Origin: Bacteroidetes bacterium GWB2_32_14
GTDB lineage: Bacteria > Bacteroidota > Bacteroidia > Bacteroidales > UBA12077
DNA length: 64,000 bases
Direction: 5' to 3'
NCBI GenBank assembly: GCA_001768235.1
Contig: MENK01000001.1
Location: 306,057 to 370,056, forward strand
Shown here: in pieces, positions 30,301-39,791 of the stretch
Layout of the letters: each line of letters starts with the position of its first letter
Numbering within the stretch: the first letter of the stretch is position 1
Program-made: the position numbers and the translations under genes
The notes under the pieces: model-generated
What the model was told of the DNA's origin: nothing
The model's input: the letters and a program-made list of their open reading frames with translations, nothing else
Database searches by the model: none

Positions 30301-31842
30301 TTAGAAAAAACAGATCGGGTGCCTCATTCAATTTTATTTATAATGGAAAAAGAAAAAATTGAATGTAATGATAACCGCCTCTTTGATAAATATATGTCAG
30401 TTTTTAATAGAATAAAAAATATTATTATCGGATTGAGTACAAAAAGAAATCAATTGATTGATTTCTATATAATAACTGAATCAACATATAATGTTACAGG
30501 AACTGAAAAAATTGAATACCTTCAGTCGGCCTGCCGTGGTTTATGTAAAGCTTTAATATATGAATACCCTAATTTAAAGTTTAATATTATTGATATTGAT
30601 AGTTTTTATAATGAAAATAAACCAAATATAAATTTAGTAAGTACTATTTCAGATTCAATATTATACGATGAAATAGAATCTGTTACAGCATATAGGAATA
30701 ATTGCAATTGGTTTCTGGATTATGATAAAATTAATAGTAATGGCCAAAAAAATAATCCTGTAATTAAAGAACAGGGCACTTATATTATTATTGGAGGTTT
30801 GGGCAGAATAGGATATGAAATATCCACGTACCTGATACAAACATATAATGCAAATGTTAGTATAATTCAAAGAAATATTGGTAACGACAATATTAACAAC
30901 CCTGGCGTTGATTCTCGACGTGAAAAGTTGGAAAGCATTAGCCAAAATGTAAAATTTTATAGTATTGATATTACTAATAAGCGAGAATTAGAAGCAGGAA
31001 TATCTGATATATATAACAAGTATTCAAAAATTAACGGGGTATTTTTTGCCGCAGGTTATACTGAACTTGGATTAATAAAAGAATTAGACGAAGAGAAAAT
31101 AAAAGATATGTTTAATACTAAATTCCATGGTTTAAAAAATCTTTTAAGTTGCATAGAATCATTGGATTTAGATTTTTGTTCGGTTTTTTCATCCATTTCA
31201 TCCTATTTTGGTGGTTTTGGAATGTCTGCATATGCATCAATAAATTCAATTGTTGATACATACATTGAATATATTAATCAAAACTCTAAATATCCGCTTA
31301 TTAACATAAACTGGGATGCTTGGGAAGTAAACACCAGTTCTGCCCCCAAGAAATTAGAAAACAATATACCAAAAGGTATTAGCAGCAAACAAGCTTTAGA
31401 AGCATTAATGTTAATATTAGGGAAAAAACCTTGCAAACAAACTTTAGTCCTGAACAACTCTGTAGAGAGATTTAAGATGATTAATACTATTTCGAAAGAT
31501 GCTGATGTGGAACAATATGAAAATAACAGTCTGGATAATATTTATCTGGATGAAATTGATTTTACAGAAACGGAAAAACTTGTTGCAAAAATTTGGATTA
31601 AACTTTTAGGGAAAAACAAATTAAAACAGGAAAGTGATTTTTTTGAGTTGGGTGGAGATTCTTTAAAAGCGATGAAATTTCTAAATATTTTAACGCAACA
31701 GAAGGAAACTTCAATAACTTTATCTGAATTATTTGAACTTAGAACTTTATCAGAGATATCTAAATATATTGATAAATCAGGAGATTGTTGGAATGTTATT
31801 GATGATATTGTTGAACAAATAATTTCCGGAAATGAAAAATAA
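27322..31842 (+). CDS. Type I cis-AT PKS module, KS-AT-KR-ACP (1506 aa)
   Basis: KS: NSMCSTSLVA, ECHGTGTKLGDP, KTNIGHLNCAAG. AT: GHSLGE (Ser codon 29224..29226) and SHAYHS (29512..29523). KR: IIIGGLGRIGYE and SAYASINS, with the catalytic Tyr present. ACP: FFELGGDSLKAM. Confidence 0.95.
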   Translation: MKSVNPNSKTGLEIAVIGMAGRFASFSNINEFWDGLIQNQESIKFYSKEELREAGVEPGLLENKNYIRTIGSVLESKKKFDAEFFGFTDDEALKLLPQARILLELSWQALEDAGCKIERNNESIGIYAGSSASNIWENYFGLKAKNAFERFTDSLYVSKDMICSRISHSLNLTGPSVFINSMCSTSLVAIDMACKSLLNGQCSIALAGGIELNYLEKGGYVYHDGMITSSDGHCKAFDDKADGTINGEGGGIVALKCLDSAIKDGDYIYAVIKGGAVNNDGKQKIGFTAPSVKGQVDVIQKALSFSEVNPEEIDYVECHGTGTKLGDPIEISALTKAFSTTKKQYCGIGSVKTNIGHLNCAAGIAGFIKTVMILNKGIIPATLNYNSANPKIDFENSPFYVVNKNTELDKTRVNKACVSSFGISGTNAHIILEKFIDTRKTRTLDNKHHLILLSAKTENALSDVVLNLKNYLIKNLSVNLGKMSYTLIQGKDYFKYRAAFVASKPEDLIDSINKWFEDTNSKYLIPENTGNLPVIFMFPGQGAQYKYMGKDLYYNIEYFRNNVDDCLESLKFIAGNDFYQIAKYYFLESQPEDKLKSIDINDTLLAQVLLFIFEYSLARYFIYIGINPSALTGHSLGEIVAASISNVLELNDAIWLVYKRGNYMASMDKGEMISIPLPDQQVQNIIWEGIEIAAENSSELCTVSGKSNEIEKLRNELKKQNIPFVNLNTSHAYHSYMMEPAIPLFVNEIKNIKFNKPVLPFLSNVSGGWISDHQATNPEYWGKHIRSKVHFNKSLSLLLENNNIFIEVGPGKTLSTFIKNHNMYNNSNHVVRTIPGSKEGLDAYSFVLQAIGYLWCCQKEINWSEFFLHQDNAKIPLPVYPFQGKEYWLSFSELISVFDKAIPRDNLKDEFYLYKPVWKRNDLSYIIKENNKKYSKILIISDQNIAKEFKSKFIEKGIEVTIAIPANEFRNDGENQYYFNLLKENHADELFKDLEKTDRVPHSILFIMEKEKIECNDNRLFDKYMSVFNRIKNIIIGLSTKRNQLIDFYIITESTYNVTGTEKIEYLQSACRGLCKALIYEYPNLKFNIIDIDSFYNENKPNINLVSTISDSILYDEIESVTAYRNNCNWFLDYDKINSNGQKNNPVIKEQGTYIIIGGLGRIGYEISTYLIQTYNANVSIIQRNIGNDNINNPGVDSRREKLESISQNVKFYSIDITNKRELEAGISDIYNKYSKINGVFFAAGYTELGLIKELDEEKIKDMFNTKFHGLKNLLSCIESLDLDFCSVFSSISSYFGGFGMSAYASINSIVDTYIEYINQNSKYPLININWDAWEVNTSSAPKKLENNIPKGISSKQALEALMLILGKKPCKQTLVLNNSVERFKMINTISKDADVEQYENNSLDNIYLDEIDFTETEKLVAKIWIKLLGKNKLKQESDFFELGGDSLKAMKFLNILTQQKETSITLSELFELRTLSEISKYIDKSGDCWNVIDDIVEQIISGNEK

Positions 31843-32917
31843 TAGGATTGGAATTGGCATTATAGGATGTGGTTGGATAGCCGAAAAAGCTCACATATCA
31901 TCATTCTTAAAAATAGATGATGTTTATATCGCTGCTGTTTGTGATAATGATGTGCAAACAATTAATAAATTCAAGGAAAAATTTCAAGTAAAAAATTATT
32001 ATAATAACCCGGAACATCTTATAAATGATGATAATGTAAATGCAATTGTTATTTCAACACCTAACTCAACACATTATACATTATCGGAAAAGGCTTTGTT
32101 AGCAGGAAAGCATGTATTATGTGAAAAACCAATTGCTTTTTCTTCTGCTGAAGTTGATAATTTAATTAGAATATTAAAAAAAACAAACACCATTTTTCTG
32201 CCTGCATTTGTAAATCGATTCCGCAACGATGTTCAATGTGTAAAAGATATATTAGATAAAAATCTTATTGGCGAAATTATATCAATTAATGCTCAATGGA
32301 TTAGAAGAGCTGGTGTACCAAGACCGGGGAGCTGGTTTACACAGAAGGATAAAGCAGGCGGAGGTGTTTTAATGGACCTGGGGCCACATATCATTGACAT
32401 TATTTTAATGTACATTAAATTCGAAAAACTCAACAGTGCCCAATTATATTGTAAGTACGACTATGATAAATATCCCCAATTAAATGCAAATTGGTATAGC
32501 GACAATTCTCGTGATGTTATTTTTCCCGATGTTGAAAGCAGTGTTATTGCCGAACTTAATTTAAACAATGATTTGATTGCTAAAATTGAAGTTAGCTGGC
32601 TTTCTGATATTAAAAATGACATGACTTTTTTTATTATAAACGGGGAAAATGGATCAATTGAGATGAAAACACTTTTTGGGTTTAGCACAAATCGATTATG
32701 GAGTGTTGATGAAGTTTTGGTAAAAAATAGTACGGGCGAAATAATAAAAAAAGTAGAGTTTGATATTACCCGTAATGAATCTATACACGCATTTGAACGA
32801 ATGGCTCATTTTTTTATTTCGTCAATCAGGGGTAATAAAATATCAGCATTGAACTATATTGATGCATATAATACAACCCTTTTAATCGAAGAGTTATATA
32901 AACATCAAAAAAAATAA
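31832..32917 (+). CDS. Gfo/Idh/MocA-family NAD(P)-dependent oxidoreductase (RifL-like family)
   Basis: The start overlaps the PKS stop by 11 nt. Rossmann motif IGIIGCGWIAEKAH, plus the family-typical VISTPNSTH and EKP motif (LCEKPIA). Confidence 0.85.
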   Translation: MKNNRIGIGIIGCGWIAEKAHISSFLKIDDVYIAAVCDNDVQTINKFKEKFQVKNYYNNPEHLINDDNVNAIVISTPNSTHYTLSEKALLAGKHVLCEKPIAFSSAEVDNLIRILKKTNTIFLPAFVNRFRNDVQCVKDILDKNLIGEIISINAQWIRRAGVPRPGSWFTQKDKAGGGVLMDLGPHIIDIILMYIKFEKLNSAQLYCKYDYDKYPQLNANWYSDNSRDVIFPDVESSVIAELNLNNDLIAKIEVSWLSDIKNDMTFFIINGENGSIEMKTLFGFSTNRLWSVDEVLVKNSTGEIIKKVEFDITRNESIHAFERMAHFFISSIRGNKISALNYIDAYNTTLLIEELYKHQKK

Positions 32918-33002
32918 TATGTGTTTTCATGGTATTGTGAAAACCTAAAATTGTAAAGTATTATTTCAAATCATTTTATTGCACTCAACATCTCTATTCG
33001 TT

Positions 33003-33959
33003 ATGCAGAATTATTTAATAGGCATAGATATTGGCAGAACCAATATTAAAATAGGTGCACTCGATCATAAAAACAAAAGTGTATTTCCATTAAAGTCATA
33101 TAAATTTCAGACTATGGATTCAGCTTATGCTGAATTGTCAGTAAATGTGATACAAAGAATACGCCAGTACATGAATGAGCACAATATCAGCCATAGTCAA
33201 CTAGGTGGTATAGGGGTTTCCTTACCTGCTTTATTTAATCGGGAAAATGGTAAAATAGTGAGGTGGCCTAATAATAGATTATGGGATGGTCTTGAATTTA
33301 GAGACTTAGTAATAAATGAGTTTAATGTTCCTCTGGTAATGGAAGATGATGCTAATTGTGCAGCCTTGGGAGAATCTTTTAACGGAAATGCAAATGGGTT
33401 TAATCACTATGCCTATATTACAGTTAGCAGTGGAATTGGTTGTGGGATTGTTCTTAATGGAGAAATATATCATGGTGCATCAGGTTGGGCAGGGGAGTTG
33501 GGGCATACATTATTTTACGGGGAAAAGGTTAGTTGCAATTGTGGTAATAAAGGATGTATTCAAGCTCTCTCATCGGGAGTGGCTATTTTTAGTACGATAC
33601 GAAATAAGTTAAGTGAATATGAAAAGGCTAAATATAATGAGTTAGAAGAAATTATAAGAAAAAGTGATAATCGAAATGAAATAAACCTGGCATTAAACCA
33701 GGCAGCTTTATTTTTAAGCTATTCAATATTCAACTTATACATGATATTAGATTTACAATTAATAATAATTGGAGGAGGTGTTGTAAAAATTGGTTCATTA
33801 TTTACAAATCCTCTAACCGAAAATTTTGAAAAACTTCTTGAAAATGTTGGACGAACTTGCCAGGTTCTATTTACTGATCGGGAAACTGAAAATGGAATAT
33901 ATGGAGCACTGATGTTAATACAAAAAAAATTACATAACATAAAATCGTATCCCGGCTAA
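33003..33959 (+). CDS. ROK-family sugar kinase (RifN-like family)
   Basis: LIGIDIGRTNIKIGALD (ATP-binding DxGxT), MEDDANCAALGE, GAGELGH-like WAGELGH, and the zinc motif CNCGNKGCIQA. The track starts the ORF at a TTG (32979). I prefer the in-frame ATG at 33003. Confidence 0.85.
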   Translation: MQNYLIGIDIGRTNIKIGALDHKNKSVFPLKSYKFQTMDSAYAELSVNVIQRIRQYMNEHNISHSQLGGIGVSLPALFNRENGKIVRWPNNRLWDGLEFRDLVINEFNVPLVMEDDANCAALGESFNGNANGFNHYAYITVSSGIGCGIVLNGEIYHGASGWAGELGHTLFYGEKVSCNCGNKGCIQALSSGVAIFSTIRNKLSEYEKAKYNELEEIIRKSDNRNEINLALNQAALFLSYSIFNLYMILDLQLIIIGGGVVKIGSLFTNPLTENFEKLLENVGRTCQVLFTDRETENGIYGALMLIQKKLHNIKSYPG

Positions 33960-34086
33960 AATATGGGTTCCAAATTTATTTGTAGTTTAAAACAAGTGTT
34001 AAAATTTTGTTTGTCTTTGATTTTTAATCCTTTATAATACATGTAAATATAAATAATAGCAATAACCTGGTACAATAAATAAAATT

Positions 34087-34527
34087 ATGAAAACATCCAA
34101 AATAGCTATAATAAACGGGCCTAATATCAACATGCTGGGAATACGTGAGCCGGAACACTATGGTAATGTTCAATGGAAAACTATAGAACAAAATCTGACC
34201 GAAACGTTTGATACTGAACTTCTTTTTTATCAATCAAACCATATGGGCAATATTGTTGATTACATTCAGAGCCAGTATTTAAAAATAGATGGAATTATTA
34301 TTAACCCGGCTTCTTTTTCAACTATTGGATATCCTATATTAGATGCAATAAAAGCGATTAATGTTCCTTTTGTTGAAGTTCATATTTCAAATATCTTTTC
34401 AAGAGGAGGATGGCATTCAGAATCTGTTTTTTTACAGGATGCCGTTGGTGTGATTGTAGGATTTAAAAATAATGTTTACTCATTAGCAGTACAAGCAATA
34501 TTAAGTTATTTAAATATTAAAAAATAA
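34087..34527 (+). CDS. aroQ: Type II 3-dehydroquinate dehydratase (AroQ/RifJ-like)
   Basis: IAIINGPNINMLGIREPEHYG, QSNHMGNIVDYI, IIINPASFS and VEVHISNIFSRG are classic type II DHQase motifs. Size is 146 aa. Confidence 0.9.
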   Translation: MKTSKIAIINGPNINMLGIREPEHYGNVQWKTIEQNLTETFDTELLFYQSNHMGNIVDYIQSQYLKIDGIIINPASFSTIGYPILDAIKAINVPFVEVHISNIFSRGGWHSESVFLQDAVGVIVGFKNNVYSLAVQAILSYLNIKK

Positions 34528-34532
34528 ACAGT

Positions 34533-35753
34533 ATGAAAAACTCAAAAATTAATTTAGTTTTAGACGAAATGGATTCTTCCATTGAAATGCCAGTGTGGCC
34601 ACAATATGATCATAGAGAAAAAGAGCTTCTGCTTGATGTTCTCGAAAGTAGAAAATGGTGGCGAATGAATGGTAATAAGGTTGATACTTTTGAGAAAAAA
34701 TTTGCAGAATTTTGTAATGCAGAATATTGTATTGCTCTTACCAATGGAACACATGCGCTAGAGTTGTCTCTGGCAACACTTGGAATTGGTAAGGGTGATG
34801 AGGTTATTGTTCCTGCAATTACTTTCATTTCAACAGCAACAGCACCAATATATAATTGCGCAACACCTGTTCCTGTCGATTGTGATCCAAAAACCTTTTG
34901 CATAATTCCTGAAGCAATTGAGAAGGCAATTACTCCAAAAACAAAAGCTATTATCCCGGTACACATGGCCGGACAGCCTTGTGATATGGATCGGATTTGT
35001 GAAATTGCAAAAAAATATAATTTGAGAATTATTGAGGATGCTGCTCATGCGCATGGTGCAGAATGGAAGAATAAAAAAATTGGTACTTTTGGTGAATTTG
35101 CTATTTTTAGTTTTCAGAATGGCAAAATAATGACCTGTGGCGAAGGAGGTGCCATTTTAACAAATTCTAAAGAGCTTTATGATAAAGCGTTTTTAATACA
35201 TAGCGTTGGTCGTCCAAAATTTGACAAGGTTTATAAGCATCTTGAGTTAGGTTCGAATTACAGGATGAGTGAGTTTCCTGCTGCTATTTTGCTTGCTCAA
35301 CTCGAAAGACTGCCGGAACAAAATAAGTTGCGTGAAAAAAATGCCAAGATTCTGGATAATTTGCTTAAACCTGTTGAAGGAATTACTCCCCAAAGTACGG
35401 ATGAAAGAGTAACAATTAATACTCATTATATGTACATGTTTTATTATGACGAATTAATGTTTAATGGAATTACACGCGAAGAATTTGTACAATTACTAAA
35501 CGACAATGGCATTCCTTCATACATTTGTTTTCCTATCGTAAGTAATACCGATTTTTTCAAAGAAGGCAAGTTTAGATCATACTTATCAAAAATAGATATA
35601 ACGAATATACAAGCTCTTCCAAATGCAGAAAGAATGGCTAAAGAAGTTATATGGTTGCCTCATTATCTTCTTCTTGGAAATGAAGCATTTATTAAACATA
35701 TTGCAAGTGTAATCCTGAAAATAAAAGAAAAGGTTTTAGTTTCCATGTTGTAA
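34533..35753 (+). CDS. DegT/DnrJ/EryC1/StrS-family PLP-dependent enzyme (the family that includes AHBA synthase RifK)
   Basis: LTNGTHALELSL, DEVIVPAITFISTA, IIEDAAHAHGA, and FSFQNGKIMTCGEGGAI with the PLP-Lys context. Size is 406 aa. Confidence 0.9.
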   Translation: MKNSKINLVLDEMDSSIEMPVWPQYDHREKELLLDVLESRKWWRMNGNKVDTFEKKFAEFCNAEYCIALTNGTHALELSLATLGIGKGDEVIVPAITFISTATAPIYNCATPVPVDCDPKTFCIIPEAIEKAITPKTKAIIPVHMAGQPCDMDRICEIAKKYNLRIIEDAAHAHGAEWKNKKIGTFGEFAIFSFQNGKIMTCGEGGAILTNSKELYDKAFLIHSVGRPKFDKVYKHLELGSNYRMSEFPAAILLAQLERLPEQNKLREKNAKILDNLLKPVEGITPQSTDERVTINTHYMYMFYYDELMFNGITREEFVQLLNDNGIPSYICFPIVSNTDFFKEGKFRSYLSKIDITNIQALPNAERMAKEVIWLPHYLLLGNEAFIKHIASVILKIKEKVLVSML

Positions 35754-35769
35754 TTAAAAGCTCAAAATA

Positions 35770-35804
35770 AGATAAGGTGCTTTTTGTACTAAAACACCTT
35801 ATCT
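35770..35804 (+). terminator. Perfect 10-bp stem hairpin 17 nt after the aminotransferase stop
   Basis: AGATAAGGTG (35770..35779), 15-nt loop, CACCTTATCT (35795..35804). There is no downstream T-tract (AAATTAAAC follows), so it is terminator-like or a processing/stability element at best. Confidence 0.35.
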
Positions 35805-35926
35805 AAATTAAACATATATGTTTACATGAACTGTATTTACCATAATAATTAACCTGACTTTATTTCTGTTAAATTAAAAATGATGAAGAGTTCTATATTA
35901 GCTAGTTATTAATGTAAAAAAGCAAG

Positions 35927-36580
35927 ATGAAATTTTGTGTAGTTTTTGATTTTGATGGCGTTATTATACATTCAAGAGATGTACAGCAGATAGCATTTTA
36001 TGAAAGTTACAAAATGTTTAGAGGTGATGGAAATCCGCCGTTTGAAGAATTTCTAAGCCAAAGCGGCAACTCAATATCAGCAATTTTTAAAAAAATGAAC
36101 TTCCCTGTTGAAATGATTGATATATATAAAAAAATAAGTCAGGAGAATCTTCATCATATATTAATTACCCCGGGAATAGAAAAATTGTTGATCAAACTAA
36201 AAAAGAACGATATATATTGCGGATTGTGTACAGGTAAAGATAGGATTCGAACTATTGAAATATTAAACTATCTTAATCTGTATGATTATTTTGATAGTAT
36301 TGTTTGTTCCGATGATGTTGCTAATCCAAAACCAGAAGCTGAAAGTTTATTGAAATTATTGAATGAGCTTAATATCGATAATAGCAATGCTGTTATGGTA
36401 GGCGATGCTATGAATGATATTTTGTGTGCACATAATGCAAATGTAAAAAGTATTGCTGTTTCCTGGGGCGATTGTATAGACCATAATATTTTAAAGGTTA
36501 ACCCGCATTATCTTGTAAAAACCGTGGATGAATTGGAAAAATGTATTGAAAGTTTAGTATTCCTGAAAAATCCTTGCTAA
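35927..36580 (+). CDS. HAD-superfamily phosphatase (phosphoglycolate-phosphatase-like; RifM-like family)
   Basis: Motif I VFDFDGVII, motif II CTGK, motif III/IV KPEAE..VGDAMNDILCA. Confidence 0.8.
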   Translation: MKFCVVFDFDGVIIHSRDVQQIAFYESYKMFRGDGNPPFEEFLSQSGNSISAIFKKMNFPVEMIDIYKKISQENLHHILITPGIEKLLIKLKKNDIYCGLCTGKDRIRTIEILNYLNLYDYFDSIVCSDDVANPKPEAESLLKLLNELNIDNSNAVMVGDAMNDILCAHNANVKSIAVSWGDCIDHNILKVNPHYLVKTVDELEKCIESLVFLKNPC

Positions 36581-36584
36581 GTAA

Positions 36585-38051
36585 ATGTTACACATACTCA
36601 ATAAAATTGATAGTTTAACGCTAACTCAGAAAGAAAAACTCTTATCTGAACTAACTTGTAAAAAGATAAATTTCAAGGGCAAGATGATTCTTGAGTACCC
36701 GCTTTATTGCACAGAGAAAAAAGAGTATTACCCTGTTTCATCAGCTCAATTTCGTGTATTTATTGCAAATCAGGTATATACATTCAATTCGGCATTTAAT
36801 AATCAACTGGCTTTTGTTTTATCAGGAGAATTCGATATAGAGAAAATACGTGAGATATTTAATAAGTTAATAACCCGGCATGAAGTTTTAAGAACCTCTT
36901 TCTTCGAAATAAAGGGACAAATATATCAGAAAGTTCATGAACACGCAGAGGTAAACTTCCAGGTAATACAGGATAACAATAAACCTTTAGAGACAATAAT
37001 TAAGGAATTTGTTAAACCTTTCGATCTTGCATTAGCACCATTGTTTCGAATAGGCGTGTGTAATATTAAAAACGACGAGGTGTTTTTAATTCTTGATATT
37101 CACCATATTATTTCTGATGCTGAATCACTTATTTTATTTACAAATGAATTTATTGAATTATATAAGAGTTATGATCTCGGTAAACATTTATATCAATACC
37201 GTGATTATGCTCAATGGGAAAACGTGATAAAGAAAAAAGTTCTTTTCATATTGCAAAAAAAATTCTGGAATGAAATTTATACACCACTTATTGATGTTAA
37301 ACTCCCATTTTTAAATAAACCAGAGCAAAAGGATTATTCGGGGGATGTATTTGAATTTTCTATTGAATTGGAAGAAAAAATAGAAATTGAAAAAATGGTT
37401 AAGTCATTAGAGCTAACACTTTTTATGTTTTTATTAGGAGCATTTGCTTTAACAATTTCTAAACTAACATACAAAAATGATATTATAATCGGTAGCCCGG
37501 TTGCTGGCAGGAGAAAAAATGAGTTTGAAAAAATAATGGGAATATTTGTAAATATGCTATCCTTCCGGTTTAAAATAAATAATCAAAATACAATTCAAGA
37601 ATTTTATAACATTATTAAAAATGATATATTGAATTGTTTCGATAATCAGGAATATCCATACGATGAGTTAGTGAAAGATTTGAACTTGAAAAAAGCTCTG
37701 TTTGATATTGTTTTTGTATTTCAAAATGCAGGAGGAAAATTAAAAAACAAAAATGTTGAAATAAATGATGATTTAGCTATTTCTCCATTCAAATTTTTTA
37801 ATAAAACATCAAAATTTGCACTTTTGCTTGAAACCTGGGAAGAAGAAAAACGATTGGGATTAAGATTTGAATATTCTACTTATTTATTCGATAAAAGCGA
37901 AATACAAAAAATGTCTGAGAATTATAAACAGGTTATTCGTACAATTATTTCCAATAAATCAATTTTTTTGTCCGAAATAGAAACTTTTAAAAAGGCAAAT
38001 ACATTTGACAAATTAGCTAACCAATCAGAAATACAAGATTTTGATTTTTAA
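36585..38051 (+). CDS. Stand-alone NRPS condensation domain protein (488 aa)
   Basis: YYPVSSAQFRVF, HEVLRTSF, DIHHIISDAES (37101..37121, Gly replaced by Ala), YRDYAQW, IIGSPVAGRRKNEFEKIMGIFVNML, NQEYPYDELV, LFDIVFVFQN. No A or T domain. Ends in ..EIQDFDF. Confidence 0.9.
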   Translation: MLHILNKIDSLTLTQKEKLLSELTCKKINFKGKMILEYPLYCTEKKEYYPVSSAQFRVFIANQVYTFNSAFNNQLAFVLSGEFDIEKIREIFNKLITRHEVLRTSFFEIKGQIYQKVHEHAEVNFQVIQDNNKPLETIIKEFVKPFDLALAPLFRIGVCNIKNDEVFLILDIHHIISDAESLILFTNEFIELYKSYDLGKHLYQYRDYAQWENVIKKKVLFILQKKFWNEIYTPLIDVKLPFLNKPEQKDYSGDVFEFSIELEEKIEIEKMVKSLELTLFMFLLGAFALTISKLTYKNDIIIGSPVAGRRKNEFEKIMGIFVNMLSFRFKINNQNTIQEFYNIIKNDILNCFDNQEYPYDELVKDLNLKKALFDIVFVFQNAGGKLKNKNVEINDDLAISPFKFFNKTSKFALLLETWEEEKRLGLRFEYSTYLFDKSEIQKMSENYKQVIRTIISNKSIFLSEIETFKKANTFDKLANQSEIQDFDF

Positions 38052-38061
38052 TACTGAACAA

Positions 38062-39756
38062 ATGAAATCCAGCGAAATAAATAATATTCTTTTCATGTTA
38101 CCTCCATTTTGGGATCCGTTAATACCTCCGCAGGGGATAGCACACATTAAAAACTATTTAAAAAAATATAACTATAATGTTAAAACCTATGATTTTAATA
38201 TTTATAAGAATTTTAGAGATATTTATACCCGATACTTCAATACATTAAAAAAATATGTACCACTCGAAAAGAGAGGTAACTTTTTCAATATTGGTCACGA
38301 TGTTCTTCGAAATCATATGTTAATCAACTTTATAAACAATCAAGATGATGAATATTATATTTTTTTAAAAGATATTATTTACAAAACCTTTTATGTACAA
38401 CTCGGAATAGAAATATTAAAAGAAGTAGATGATATTATTAATTCCTTTTATTCGATTTTTGAAAAAGAATTGAATAAGATTTTCTATCAAAATAAATTTC
38501 AAATGGTTGGAGTATCAGTTATGAGAGATAACATCGCTCCATCTCTGTTTGCCTTGAGATATATTAAAAAAATTGATCCTGCGGTAATCACTGTAATGGG
38601 AGGAAGTATTTTTTCAGATCAATTATTAATAGGAACACCCAATTTAGATTATTTTTTAAAAAATACTCCCTATTTGGATAAGGTGTTTGTTGGTGAAGGT
38701 CAAATTTTATTGCATAAGTTTTTATCAGGAGAATTGGATAACGAAAAAAAACTATTTACTCTTGATGATATCAATAGAGAAGCATTAGCCTATTCTGATT
38801 TAAATTTCCCGGATATGGATGATTTTGATGTAAAGCATAATTACATGTATCTGGCAATGAATGCATCAAATAGTTGCCCTTATAAATGTAGCTTTTGTAA
38901 TGTAGCTAATTTTTTTGGTGATTATCGCGAAAAAGATCCTGGTATGGCTGCGGCTCAAATGATGTCTTTATATCAAATTTATGGAATACGTATTTTTTTT
39001 ATGAATGACTCTTTGCTTAATAATGTGGCTGATAACCTTTCGACTGAATTGCAAAAAAATAATACTCCTTTATATTGGGACGGATACATGCGTGTTGCAG
39101 ATAATGTTTGCGATCAGAGAAATACAATTCATTGGAGAAAAGGCGGTTTGTATAGAGCAAGACTGGGAGTAGAAAGTGGTTCCAATAGAGTTTTGAAATT
39201 GATGGGAAAAAAAATCTCTATTGAGCAAACCAAAGAATCTCTGAAAAGTTTGGCAAATGCTGGCATTAAAACTACAACTTATTGGGTTATTGGTCATCCT
39301 GGCGAAACTGAAGAAGATTTTCAGTTAACCCTGAAATTGCTTGAAGAAAGTAAAACCTATATTTACGAAGCAGAATGTAATCCATTTATTTTTAGTTATT
39401 CGGGACAATCAGATTCTGAAAATTGGCATAACGATCGCAAAATTTTATATACTCATGTTCCCCAGGAAAGAATTATTATTCAAGACTGGACCAATAATAC
39501 CTACCCTTTGCGTGAAGAAACTTATGAAAGAGTGAATAGGTTTGTTCAACGTTGCAATGACCTGGAAATTCCAAACCCATATTCTTATTTCGATATTTAT
39601 AATGCAGATAACCGGTGGAAACTTCTACATCGTAATTCAGTCCCGTCTTTAGTTGATATTTATGATGGAAACATTGACCTCTTGGAATCCAGAAAAGTTG
39701 AAATTATTAATAAAATTTCTAAAATAAATATTGAAACAAACGATTTTGATTTTTAA
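38062..39756 (+). CDS. Cobalamin-binding-domain radical SAM enzyme, copy 2 (paralog of 18400..20100)
   Basis: LPPFWDPLIPPQGIAHIKNYLKKYNYNVKTYDFN, VGVSVMRDN..VITVMGGSIF, CPYKCSFC (38875..38898), ARLGVESGS. It aligns with copy 1 along its whole length. The tracked TTG at 38041 overlaps the upstream stop, so I prefer the in-frame ATG at 38062. Ends in ..ETNDFDF. Confidence 0.85.
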   Translation: MKSSEINNILFMLPPFWDPLIPPQGIAHIKNYLKKYNYNVKTYDFNIYKNFRDIYTRYFNTLKKYVPLEKRGNFFNIGHDVLRNHMLINFINNQDDEYYIFLKDIIYKTFYVQLGIEILKEVDDIINSFYSIFEKELNKIFYQNKFQMVGVSVMRDNIAPSLFALRYIKKIDPAVITVMGGSIFSDQLLIGTPNLDYFLKNTPYLDKVFVGEGQILLHKFLSGELDNEKKLFTLDDINREALAYSDLNFPDMDDFDVKHNYMYLAMNASNSCPYKCSFCNVANFFGDYREKDPGMAAAQMMSLYQIYGIRIFFMNDSLLNNVADNLSTELQKNNTPLYWDGYMRVADNVCDQRNTIHWRKGGLYRARLGVESGSNRVLKLMGKKISIEQTKESLKSLANAGIKTTTYWVIGHPGETEEDFQLTLKLLEESKTYIYEAECNPFIFSYSGQSDSENWHNDRKILYTHVPQERIIIQDWTNNTYPLREETYERVNRFVQRCNDLEIPNPYSYFDIYNADNRWKLLHRNSVPSLVDIYDGNIDLLESRKVEIINKISKINIETNDFDF

Positions 39757-39791
39757 ACTACTGCTATAAACAAGTTGTGGGCTGATTGCCC

